Part shown: positions 1 to 12,280 of the stretch, one piece after another
How positions within the stretch are numbered: the stretch's first letter is position 1
Layout of the letters: the number at the start of each line of letters is the position of its first letter
NCBI GenBank assembly: GCA_032718475.1
Contig: JAUCBJ010005067.1
Coordinates: 1 to 61,125 of the forward strand
Origin: Nemertoderma westbladi
Lineage: Eukaryota > Animalia > Xenacoelomorpha
Length of the DNA: 61,125 bases
Direction of reading: 5' to 3'
Position numbers and translations under genes: made by a program
The notes under the pieces: model-generated
What the model saw: only the letters and a program-made list of their open reading frames with translations
What the model was told of the DNA's origin: nothing
Databases searched by the model: none

Positions 1-1769
1 CCCCCAAAGATTAAAGCCTCTGAGAGACTTAAAGATCACACATTGTACAGTACAATACAGGATAACAATGCAACGAAACCTGTAAGTCGAAAATATATAA
101 ACACAAAAATTTAGCTTTAAACTCATTCCACAGCTCAAGAAGGTACAATAAACAGACCAATCAAGCCCACGGCTAGTACATAATATTACTGCAATAAGTA
201 ATGAAAAGATCAGATTGTAAATAATAATAAATAATCCATATTATTAAATATATAAATATTCATTAGTTATGTAGTAAAAAAGAATACGGAAGGAAAAATA
301 AATAAATAATAAAACCGGTAAAACAAAAACAGAACTTAGACAGACCCCCCCCCCCCCCCCCACCCCCCTCCCCAAGCAAACTCATCAACCCTCCCGAATT
401 GTATATTGCAGGAATCAAAACGTCTCATAGTTTTATTATTTCTATTTTCAGCCTTCTTTATATCGTAAAAAACTCAACTCTTAACCCAAATCCCTACTGT
501 AAGAAATGTACATACGCGATAAAGTACGATTGGCCCCATCCACCCAGGTGTGCCCACTTCGGATCTTCAGTAGTTCACCTACTTGGACAGATACCGGCAG
601 CTGTGCGCTGCCAATTTGCACTGACAAAGTCACCAAATGGCAAAGGGCGGGCCCCTTTAAGCGAAAAGCCGAGGAACGAGCATTACTTTTTGGACGAATC
701 GAATCGGAATCCGAGTTCATTATAGGTGATATGTAACGGCGGGCCTGTTTAGGGTGTTCCGGGGTAATACAGAGCATAAACTATATACCATCGTGACCAG
801 CGCAGAATTCTAAGACTTTTGAACGTAATTTCAAGAATTTTCATCCACGTGGTCAAAAGTTATGGGTCAAAACGTGCGTTGTTTTAACAAAATATTTTTT
901 GTTATTCTAGCTACCGAATGGTTGTTACGGCTTCTAATTGGTTGCCATCCTTAGGCCATATAATAGTAGAACGCTCTCATTGGCCCAATTCTAAATTCTG
1001 CTCCCCGTTCACTGTAATGTTAATTTCGTATTTTTTAAGTCGAGCTACAGCAACAACGGCATGGTCTGATGAAAAGGTTTTTCTGGATTATGAAAATATA
1101 GTTGTCCGTGTACTTGTATAAGTAATTTTTTAAATAAATAATAAATTCATGATTAGTTACAGGTGAGTTGAAAAGGTTATTAAAAACGTAATTTGGTTGC
1201 TTCTCACTCAACATTTACATTTCAAAACAGAATAATTGTATAGTTGTCTCATTTTTGAATGAATTTTTTTAGTAAATTATAAAAATATAATCATGTGACA
1301 TGCCTGGCGTCAATGAATTTCGTAAATTTATACAAGTGACATGCTATTTATAACTAATAGTTATAAATAAAAGATTTATTATGTAACATATACGCTTTTG
1401 GCCGCTTCCATTCATATTTTTTTCAATATTTATCAACTCCAATCGATAGATTATGTGATTACGCAACTAACTATGTATCATTTATTAAATTTCATGCCGA
1501 TGGCTCAGGTTTATTCAAGATTGAACGGCAATATTCTGGTGTCACGCAAATTCACACAAAAATACGATCTCATTAAAATGTAACTTCCCGTAGGTTTCAT
1601 GACGAGTTCTTTACATATAAAGATAGATAATACTCTTAGCTTTCGAATGCACTAAATATCTCCGAATTTCATTAACATAGACTCGAGTTATTAAGGATTT
1701 CCTGAAAAAATTCCACATTTTAGCTATTTTTCATAATTTTATGCATTTATAATTTTGCGTTGTATATCT

Positions 1770-2700
1770 CTGTTGCCATGGAGGCTACACTGTATGAATA
1801 GAAGCACTTAACTTATAATAGGCATTCCTCACCGCGGTTGTAAATGGTTCTGTCTCCACAGTTAGTAGACCGTTTTTGACGCGGAAAAAAATTTCTAAGA
1901 TCCCAAAGTAAGTATGACATGTTGCCAATGGCAACGCCTCAACCAAATTTAGCAAGGTTGCTTCAAAATAATTACAAAATCTTTGTTAAAACAAATATAA
2001 CTTGCATCCAAAATGTCAATGCGTTGTCTCATTGTATGTCGGTTGAAAGATTACAGTATGCCTGGGTAGTTGGTAGACAGACATGTGCGAAGTTAGCCAG
2101 ACTCTGAAGTCAGTTTCCATGGCAACAGATGCGTATTCCTGTACATACAGTGGCAATGGACAAAGTGTTGGTTACTTTTTGTTGAAAATTTGTATATAGA
2201 CCTACATTGATTATTAGAATTGTATGATATACTTAGGGACCACACCATAGCAACAGGGGGTCTTTTACCATAGCAACAAGCTATACTCCATGGCAACCAC
2301 ATCGCAGTTAACTGAAATCGGTAGAAAATGTTTATGTCATGCTTACTATGCAATATAGGTGATAGACTGACAAAAGTTGGCAATAGTCAGTAGTCATTTT
2401 CCATAGCAACAAGTATCTTGCATAGCAACGGAGGAACGATTAGCTGGTTATCGGTGAAAATTTGTATGTGGACCTTTTTTTGATTACACAATTACATTAT
2501 ATATTTGACAACCACACCGTAACAACAGGGGTTCGTTTCCATAGCAACTAGGTATCAACCATAGCAACGAGAAAGCAGTGGATAGCTATTAGTTGAAAAT
2601 ATGTAATTTCAAACAATATTTGTTTGCAAAATATTTTTATTGCCCGCTAGAAGCCTTAGCAACGGAGGTGTGAATGCATAGCAACCACAAGCATGAGTCT
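1770..2700. repeat. Interspersed-repeat-like region rich in (GTTKC)CATRGCAAC motifs with a degenerate internal duplication
   Basis: About ten ccatagcaac/ccatggcaac-like motifs. Segment ~2183-2290 (tgaaaatttgtat...accacaccatagcaacagggg) recurs diverged at ~2455-2570. No credible ORF. Ends not defined. Confidence 0.45.
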
Positions 2701-4069
2701 ATCTCTGAACAAGATCCATAGCTAAATTTACCATCGTGTGATGTTAAAATATTCCTTCATATCTTGCGGTATATTTCTTGACTTTATTGTATTTCATTAT
2801 TGGCGTTTCCCTGCTATTGTTAAAATAAAAACTCATTTCGTTTCAGTCAAGAGGGACCACAGCATATAATATGACTTATAAAAAATAGTTATCTTTTTGT
2901 TGCCACATACTATAATACTGTATTCACTTTACCCTACTGCAATATGGTTATTCCATGTCTCTACAGTTATTGTGATAGTCAATTCCAAAATAACAATGAG
3001 CACATCTACAAACATCAACAATATTTTCTGAACAGCCAATTTTCGCCAATCCTCGAAGAGGATTGGCGACTGTCAAAACCCAAAAGCAAAATATATTTTA
3101 GATTCTAAATATTTCAACGGCGGGTGGGGGGGTTGAACAAAATATTTATTTTCTGCTGAAATAATTCGATTAAGCACGTTTGGAAGCTCTACATAACTTT
3201 TTTGTTGCAGCAATTTATATTATTTTTGTGATGTATATATTATTACTTATTATGTTATAATGCCTATTATGCCTATTAAATAAATACCTATTATGTTATA
3301 ATGTCAGAATAACTGTGTAATAATTATTTATTACTTGGAAATAAAGTATAACTTTTTCACTATTAATTATCGGGGTATTATATTTACTGAGCGGAAATAA
3401 GGGTCGAGAGAATATTGAAGAAAATGCGCTACATTTTTCCCATGCAATAGTTTGCAATAATTAATATGTAATAATTTTAATAATTTATTTTAGCACTTTT
3501 TGTTGTTTAATTCTTTAATAATAACTATATACGTCATTGATCACAAAATATCACTTTATTGCGTTACTGTACGAATGATGTTGCTTCCTGAGCGACATCG
3601 TGGGAAATAACAAAACTAGGGATAATAGAGTTAACTGACCTGAAAGGAAGGGGGGTGATTTTTCCATATTCCTCAAACAAAAATGGCAATTTATATATCA
3701 CCTATTTATTTATAAATGATAATTTAATTTTGTTAATTTCCTGGCAACCAATATCGTCTTGATTTTAAAGTTAGAAAATAACAACAAATATTATATTAAG
3801 TTCTGGGTTTTTTTTTAACTTTTTACATTTCGGGATGTTGTTACACATTTACTCACTAAAACGTATTTGAATTTGATTATTATTTTTTTATTTGGTCAGA
3901 AATTTCAACAAGTTTTTGAAAAGTACTTGTTGGTCAGCACATTGCGTAGGAATTTTATACAAAGCAATAAATAAATACAACCATTTAAATTGTTTAAGAG
4001 TTTCCATTCCTTTTAGTCTTTAGTTCAGTTCAGAGTTACCAATTTAGAGTTATGGGGGCATAATAATAA

Positions 4070-5380
4070 TTATTGATGTAGTTTGTGGGGTAAACCGCCT
4101 AGATCTTCCGGATCAGTTTGTCCCCCAGAACACTTCCGAACATATTCGGGATTCCTAGCTAACCCCTCATCCCTGGCTCGTAACTCCATCTCTATACCGA
4201 CACAGCGCTGAGTCTCCGCTTCCAGTCGGGCGAGCATCGCCCTGCCATCGAACCCATCGGCATTGTCCCGGAAACTAACCATCCCATCTCTGTGGCTTAT
4301 AGACGCGCACACTTCCCCGTCCTCGATCATACACAGAACTAAAGCCTCAGCCTCATCAGCACTCCCTAAACCAACCCTAGTCGCCATATCAGCCAAGGAT
4401 AAAGTAACAAAAGTTTTAGTTAATCTCAGAATCTTCTTCCGATAAAACGACTTAACTAGTTGTTTAATTAACCCCATATTATCGTCTTCCACGAAAGATT
4501 CTTTATACTTCACAACGACAGCCTCTAAAGACGATGCCTTAGGGCTCCCGTAAGCTCTTTCTAACTCATCGTATTGGCTGAAGTTCTGTCTAATAAACTT
4601 GACTACAATCGGCGAGACATACTTCGGCAGCGGGATTACTGTTCCGTGTAGAATCAGAGAAATTATCATGTATTTTTTGTGCGATTCGCAAGTAATTCGA
4701 GATACCGCCGAAGACGGACAAGTTACCGCTTGTTCGAAGAAGAAAAGCGCGTGTTCGAAACGCTTAAGGGCGGTTAGAATCATTCCTCCGTAATAAGCGT
4801 ACAATAGATAATGTTTGGCGTCGAATCTACCGTCTTCTTTTTCGATCTCAGAGATGCTTGGATTGATAAAGTTTAGCGCAGGTTTGAAACATTTCGCTGA
4901 GAGACAAAGTTCGAATAGTTGGGAGTGGAGGGATGTTAGTCTAGAAGGTTCGTCTGACTGTATAATTGGGATCGCACGGGTTAGTAGATTTATACCGCGC
5001 ATGGGGGTTTGTTTCTCGATGAGGATTCGAGTGAGTGTTTGGAATAACTGCGCGAACATATCCAGAGCAAAGGAGATGTGGCGTATATTGCAGGTCTCGA
5101 GAAAGGTCTGCACCTGGTTGCAGATAACGTCGGAGTCCACTGAGCCGATACAGCCCAAAGCGTGGTTGAGTTTGTTGACAAGGATTATGAGTACTCCCAT
5201 AGAATGCTGTTGGCAGTTGAGGCATTGTAGCGAGTTGTTGTAGTTGTCGGCGTTGTAGTTTTTTAGAAGCGGTAATTTCCTCAGGGTTTCCGCAACTGAT
5301 CTTATCTCGTTGTCTGTTTCGACTTTTGCGCTTTGTATTAAACTCACAATCTGATCCAGATTTGACTGAATTGACGCCAT
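4070..5380 (-). CDS. COPS3: COP9 signalosome complex subunit 3 (PCI domain), single coding exon, 436 aa
   Basis: First ATG at 5380 (MASIQSNLDQ). CSN3 motifs seen: LTSLHSQLFELCLSAKCFKPAL, YYGGMILTALKRFEHALFFFEQAVTCP, NMGLIKQ, ILRLTKTFVTLSLADMA, MIEDGEVCASISHRDGMVSF. Confidence 0.95.
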   Translation of the reverse strand: MASIQSNLDQIVSLIQSAKVETDNEIRSVAETLRKLPLLKNYNADNYNNSLQCLNCQQHSMGVLIILVNKLNHALGCIGSVDSDVICNQVQTFLETCNIRHISFALDMFAQLFQTLTRILIEKQTPMRGINLLTRAIPIIQSDEPSRLTSLHSQLFELCLSAKCFKPALNFINPSISEIEKEDGRFDAKHYLLYAYYGGMILTALKRFEHALFFFEQAVTCPSSAVSRITCESHKKYMIISLILHGTVIPLPKYVSPIVVKFIRQNFSQYDELERAYGSPKASSLEAVVVKYKESFVEDDNMGLIKQLVKSFYRKKILRLTKTFVTLSLADMATRVGLGSADEAEALVLCMIEDGEVCASISHRDGMVSFRDNADGFDGRAMLARLEAETQRCVGIEMELRARDEGLARNPEYVRKCSGGQTDPEDLGGLPHKLHQ

Positions 5381-6212
5381 GGCGCAATCACTCGGGGTAC
5401 AGGGGTAGGCCTGTAGTCTGGTAGTTGGTAGTACTACAGTCAATTATCAGATTATTGAAGTACCGGTATTGCAGTATTGAATTAGCCTAAGCTGCTAAGC
5501 CGGTAAGCGCTACTGCAGTACTGTGTACTGTACTGAATTACAGCTAGGCCTTTTGGCCTTTGCCTTGTCTCGTTCTCGTAGTGTACTATCATGAGAACAA
5601 GACATGACTGGGGGGGGGGGGGGGGGCAGTGCCCCCAAAGCCCCCCGCACGGTACGGTCCTGCGACACAGCAATTCAAGGCGGTTCTTGTAATTTATTTA
5701 TTGCTATATAGTACTGTAGCTTTCCATGTATTGTTTAATCGCCGTTTTATGGATCAACTGAAATGGTGCGAATATACTGTGTTGCAGTGTTGCTTTGTAT
5801 TTAAGAGTCTGTCTGGCTGCATTGCAAAGTTGGGTTGTTTATAATTTGTTTGTAATTTGACTTGTTTATAATTTGATTTGTTTGTTTGTGTATTATAGGT
5901 AGGCTTACTTATACTGTATATATATATATCACATTATTTTGTTGAGTTTATTGTAAACTAGAACATTAATTTGTTACGGTTGTTTGCGAAAATAAAAATA
6001 AATAGTATAAATTAGCTACTGAAATGTATGACTCAACCAGTATAGATTTTATTTAGAGCAATTATTGTTGCCAGTCACCCGTTCCTGCAGGCAATGTTCT
6101 CCTTTTATTTCATTTTATATGTTTTATAGATAATACAAGAGTGTTTTTTTTACATTTATTATTATTTAAAGCTGCGCCAGCTCCTCATAATGCCGAGAAA
6201 GATCAGATCAGA

Positions 6213-6302
6213 TACCTGGGTTGCGCGAACCGCGCTCCGGTACGTGGAAGCAGTAGTCAGGCACCTGGGTTGGGCGAACCGCGCTCCGGTATGGAAGCAG
6301 TA
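6213..6302. repeat. Two-copy ~40-bp direct repeat
   Basis: acctgggttg(c/g)gcgaaccgcgctccggta..ggaagcagta occurs at 6213 and 6263. Confidence 0.7.
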
Positions 6303-7214
6303 TAGTCACGTCGATCGTGGTCGAGCTACAGTATTATCATATTTAGTATTAGCGTACAATGTAGGCCTAGTAATATAAGTAATAATTATTAATTGCACGG
6401 TAAATAAAATAAATAAATACAGTATAAATGACAAGTTAACTACTGTAATTACAGTAGTTAAGCAACCAATTTTGAGATGTTTAGTTAAATAATAGTTGAA
6501 AATTCAACTAAATACTAAGATTTTGATTATTTCAGGTAACCATACCAACGGGTTGTTCTTTCCGTTTCGCAAGACCTCACAAACTATAATTCTTGAGTAT
6601 GGCTTTTCATATGATTAGCAGTAGCACATGGGTGTTCAGTAGCACATAGGTGTTAACATTAACAATGGGTGTTATTATTTGTTATTGTTTAGAGAGCATT
6701 CAGTCGAGACTCTCGACGACATGGTTCAGAACAGTCAAAAGGACAAGGAGACATAGAAAACCCGTCAACCAATCCAACAAACAGCAGCTTTGGGAATTAG
6801 TTAGATTTTAGTTGAAAGTCAACTATTTAAAAAATAACCGTTTACTAGCTAAATTCAAAGTGTCAAGTTAAATAAAACCGAATTTTACCTAAATAAAACA
6901 TCAAATGACAACTTTAACGAGTTGAACATTCAACTAGTTGAACAGCACTTAGTAGGCCAGTATACTTGGCTTGGCTGACGTTTGAAATTGTAATGGTTCT
7001 GATCCGAATGCGTTGTCAAGCTGTAAGGTAAGGCCTGTCCTTTTGAAAAGTTATATAGTGTAAGTTGTCGTAGTGTGCATTTCGACTTCTGCTAAAAAAA
7101 AAGGTTACATACGTTGGATGGGCAGGCGCAGATGTGCTTAGATGTGCTAGGCGGTGCAGCCGCCATAGCATCGGTAAAGATAGATACGACATCCGTGCAC
7201 CAACACTGTCTGAC

Positions 7215-8073
7215 GGGTAGTTCTTTTTACAGAACACAAGCGAACACACAAAAACACACCCGAACACACTCCAAAAACTGCCGAACACAATCGAACACAG
7301 TCGAAAATAGAAAGAGCACAAAAAATAACACCGGGTACCAACTTTTAGATAAAATTAGCCACGCGTTACTTTTCTATAAGAAAATTCCCGAAATTATTGA
7401 ATAAAATTGTCGCGAAATTAAATATTCATTTCTTATCAAGTAGGCCTATCATTTGCTGTGTACTGCTGTACTGTATAACAAACTATGTAGTGAAGCCTAC
7501 CGGGTCCCGTACCTGTCACATATAGTAATAGCGGGTTAGCTAATAGGCCTATTTGCCTGTGTACTGGAATAGCTTGGTCTGGGACTGATTGCTGAGGATA
7601 TGAATTACTGTAGGGAGTTTAGCCAGTTACCGTACATGACCGTCATGACGTACGGTACAACAAAGGTACCGGTACCTACCTGTCTACTCCTGCACTGGAA
7701 TTTAAAGAGCTGGGTCCTAGTTAAGTACCTACCCTGGCAGGTACCGGTAGGCCTAGGGATCTCTGTCCCGGTGCTACCACACTTAACTTAGACCTACTAC
7801 TTTGTTAAATTATTAGTTGTCGGCTTAGGCTAGGCCTGGTCTGATAAGAAATTAATATTTAATTTCGCGACAATTTAATTCAATAATTTCGGGAATTTTC
7901 TTATAGAAAAGCAACGCGTGGCTAATTTTATCTAAAAGTTGGTACCCGGTGTTATTTTTTTGTGCTCGTTCTATTTTCGACTGTGTTCGATTGTGTTTGG
8001 CAGTTTTTGGAGTGTTTTCGGGTGTGTTCTACTGTGTTCACTTGTGTTCTGTAAAAAGATATATATATATCCC
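7215..8073. mobile_element. Non-autonomous DNA transposon with ~220-bp TIRs (Mutator/foldback-like)
   Basis: 7222-7438 is the near-perfect reverse complement of 7842-8059. Termini are GGG...CCC. Flanking direct repeat (c)tgtctgac at 7206/7207-7214 and 8073/8074-8081 gives an 8-9 bp TSD. Confidence 0.85.
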
Positions 8074-9169
8074 TGTCTGACTGCAGGCTGATGTACTGCA
8101 CTATCCTATCACTGTATTATAACACACCAAGCTGTCGAAAAACTTTATATTGTTTGTACAGTAGTATTGAGCATATCTGAATTTACCTCTCGTTTATTAA
8201 AGCTCCAGTTCGATTCATTCATTGGTTGCCTATACGCAAAAATTTACCTACGCGAAACTGCATTCCATCACCTACGCGTAAAGGCTACGTGTAGCTTACA
8301 CTTACGCTGAAAAGTCAAACCCAGAAATTTAGTATAAGTAGGGCATCATTGCCTTAGGTAGTTTTGTAGTACCTACAGTACTACACTCTAGTCTGCTACA
8401 GTAGCTGCAATTCAGTAGGCCTAGTCTATTTCAAAGATTGATTCACCAATCGTATTTGGCCCATTATTATATAGGGCCTACCGGTAATGGTTAATTTAAT
8501 AGGCTTATCCAAATTAAGCGTCCTACAGTAATCACAATTTTTTTGCCTCCCATATTATCCTACACAAATTCTTCGCATACTGTAACATATTGTAACTCTA
8601 ACCTACTGCAACTGTAAGAGTACATACAAAACGAAAGCTACTTTGAGTACTCCAGCACTCCAGGTAGCGTTGGTACAGTACAAACTCATATTTGTGTTCA
8701 GTGGCAGTGGGTCGAATAAATGTATTGCTTGAATGTTTAATATAAAATAAAATTGCTTGAAAGTTACACGATAATGTGTGAAATTTTACAACTTCTACTT
8801 CTGTGTGAGTGAGAGACAAGCTATTCTTATCAATAATTCTAAAACGGTGACAGACTTGAGTAGTAAATGTGTTAGACTGAGGCAAGGGGCCGGATTGACA
8901 CAGCGTATTTCGTTGGAGTTTTATAACAATAATAATCTTCATATTTTTTTCGCAAACTTAAAAAAAAACATTATGATATAAACAACAAAATTTGCAAGGC
9001 AGTAACCCACTAAGTACTAGACCTACTAGTACTGATACAGTAGTTTAACGAACAAGTTTAAATCACTTGGTCTGCTAAAAAACCAAATACCAAGGTGGAA
9101 CGTATGTTACTGTATATGTCTACGCCGAATATGTCTACGCTGTATTTGAACGTACTATTAAGGTTGTTC

Positions 9170-11790
9170 CGCCTTTCATATTGTATTCCTTTTCTATTGC
9201 ATAACTTTTCTATTGCATACATTTTCTATTGCATGCATTTTCTATTGCAAACATTTTATATTGCATACATTTTCTATTGCATATATTTTCTATTGCATTC
9301 ATTTTCTATTGCATATATTTTCTATTGCATTCATTTTCTATTGCATTATTCCATTTTTATTACATTCCTTTCCTATTGCATTCTATTTATATTACATTCC
9401 TTTTTTATTTCAATCCTTTTGTATTGCATTACATTTATATTACATGAGAGAGCTTATTCGACACCTCTCGTGAAGTTTGAAGTGGACTGTCTCGAAGGAA
9501 AAACAACTTGAGAATTCGAAGTAAACTGCCGGAACTATATCACTACAGTATATTATATCAATTAATAAGAATTTAATATATTAAATAGAACAGTGAGGAT
9601 GTAAAGGAATAAGGTTCAGAAATTGCAGAAACAATATTTACAGATATAAAACTCGCTAAAATATAAAAACTTTTCTGAACTGTGGTCATTGACAGTAAAC
9701 GTAACCGCGTGTGGCAAACCAAACGTGACCCAACTGGGCAAACCTATGTTTTATCTGTTATGTTAAATCTTTTCTATCACAACCATTTTCTATTGCATAA
9801 CCCTTTTCTATTGCAATCCTTTTCTATCACAACCCTTTTCTATTGCATAACCCTTTTCTATTGCAATCCTTTTCTATTTCATAATTCTTTTCTATTGCAA
9901 TCCTTTTCTATCACAATCATTTTCTATTGCATAACCCTTTTTCTATTGCAATCCTTTTCTATTTCATAATCCTTTTCTATTGCAATCATTTTCTATTACA
10001 ATCCTTTTCTATTGCATAATCCTTTTCACTATTACAATCCTTTTCTATTGCAATCCTTTTCTATTGCAATCCTTTTTTATTACTACCCTTTTCTATTACA
10101 ATCCTTTTCTATTGCATAATAATTTTCTATTGCAATCCTTTTCTATTGCAATCCCTTTTTAATTACAATCCTTTTCTATTGCAATCCTTTTCCATTGCAT
10201 AATAATTTTCTATTGCAATCATTTTATATTGCATAATACTTTTCTATTGCAATCATTTTATATTACAATCCTTTTCTATTGCAATCATTTTCTATTGCAA
10301 TACTTTTCTATTGCATAATCATTTTGTATTGCAATCATTTTCTATAACAATCCTTTTCTATTGCAATACTTTTCTATTGCATAATCATTTTGTATTGCAA
10401 TCATTTTCTATAACAATCCTTTTCTATTGCATAATCATTTTCTATTGCAATCCTTTTCTATTGCAATCATTTTCTATTACAATCATTCTCTATTGCAATC
10501 CTTTTTTAGTACAATCCTTTTCTATTGCATAATACTTTTATATTGCAATCATTTTCTATTACAATCCTTTTCTATTGCAATCCTTTTCTATTGCAATACT
10601 TTTCTATTGCATAACCCTTTTATATTGCAATCCTTTTCTTTTGCATAACACTTTTCTATTGCAATCCTTTTCTATTGCATAATCATTTTCTATTGGAATC
10701 ATTTTCTATTGCATTCCTATTCTATTGCAATCCTTTTCTATTACATAATACTTTTATATTGCAATAATTTTCTATTGCAATCATTTTCTATTGCAATCCT
10801 TTTCTATCGCAATATTTTCTATTTCATAATCATTTTCTATTGCAATCATTTTCTATTGCAATCCTTTTCTATTGCAATCTTTTCTATTTCATAATCATTT
10901 TCTATTGCAATCATTTTATATTGCAATCCTTTTCTATTGCAATCATTTTCTATTACAATCATTCTCTATTGCAATCCTTTTTTATTACAATCCTTTTCTA
11001 TTGCATAATACTTTTATATTGTAATCATTTTCTATTACAATCCTTTTCTATTGCAATCCTTTTATATTGCAATACTTTTCTATTGCATAACCCTTTTCTA
11101 TTGCAATCATTTTCTATTGCAATCATTTCTATAACAATCCTTTTCTATTGCATAACCCTTTCTATTGCAATCCTTTTCTATTGCATAACCCTTTTCTATT
11201 GCAATCCTTTTCTATTGCATAATCCTTTTCTATTGCAATCATTTTCTATTTCATTCCTTTTCTATTGCAATCATTTTCTATTGTATAATACTTTTATATT
11301 GCAATCATTTTCTATTGCAATAATATTCTATTGCAATCATTTTCTATTGCAATCATTTTCTATTTTATAAACATTTTCTATTGCAATCATATTCTATAAC
11401 AATCCTTTTCTATCACAATACTTTTCTATTGCATAACCCTTTTCTATTGCAATCCTTTTCTATTGCATAACCCTTTTCTATTGCAATCCTTTTCTATTGC
11501 ATAATCCTTTTCTATTGAAATCATTTTCTATTGCATTCCTTTTATATTGCAATCCTTTTCTATTGCATAATACTTTTATATTGCAATCATTTTCTATTGC
11601 AATCATTTTCTATTGCAATCATTTTCTATTGCAATCCTTTTCTATTGCAATCCTTTTCTATTGCAATCATTTTCTATTGCAATCATTTTCTATTGCAATC
11701 CATTTCTATTGCAATCCTTTTCTAATGTAGGCATTTTCTATTGCAATCCTTTTCTATTGCAATCAATTGTAATCATTTTGTATTGCAATC
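9170..11790. repeat. Degenerate satellite of ~16/19-bp units (ttttctattgcaatcc / ttttctattgcataatc) in two blocks (~9170-9440 and ~9770-11790)
   Basis: Directly visible. It accounts for the many LLQSFSIAILFYCN pseudo-ORFs in the track. Confidence 0.97.
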
Positions 11791-12280
11791 CGTTGCATTC
11801 CATTTATGTTGCATACGCAATCATTTTTACTTTTTTTTGTCTTTCTTCAATTTCTCGCCTCATTTAATTTGTTTATTTCCTTCAATTTAACAACAAAGTT
11901 GCTATGGAAATGAACGATTATCTAACGGTCGAGTCTAACAATTATAAATCACATGATGGAATCAGAAAATGCCCCTGATGTACTCAAGATAATAAATATA
12001 ATCAATAAATGTGATATTTATTATATCAGAGTTCCGGTGAGCTACCAGAAGACGATGTATTAGACTTTGTACGAAAACTCTACTATTGTTTAACGAAACA
12101 TTCAAATCCCATTATATTTGTTTGGTAGTCAATAAGATTTACAGTAAAACACAATTAATTTAATTTAAATACTAATAAACATTCTGACTTAATAATCCTG
12201 CCATAACAAGTTTCTTATTAACTGACCTTATATATCCCAATTAAATTAAATCATTAATAATAAAATCAGTTGTTAGCAGT

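Noticed and set aside
399-777. GC-richer patch with overlapping ORFs of 76-108 aa on both strands
   Set aside because: No recognisable motif and no convincing exon boundaries. It could be an exon of a gene outside the window, but this cannot be supported.
5381-5443. 21-codon N-terminal extension of the CSN3 ORF in the track
   Set aside because: It starts at a non-ATG codon. The ATG at 5380 (MAS...) matches the expected CSN3 start.
9095-11867. Many hydrophobic ORFs (LLQSFSIAILFYCN...)
   Set aside because: They are translations of the satellite.
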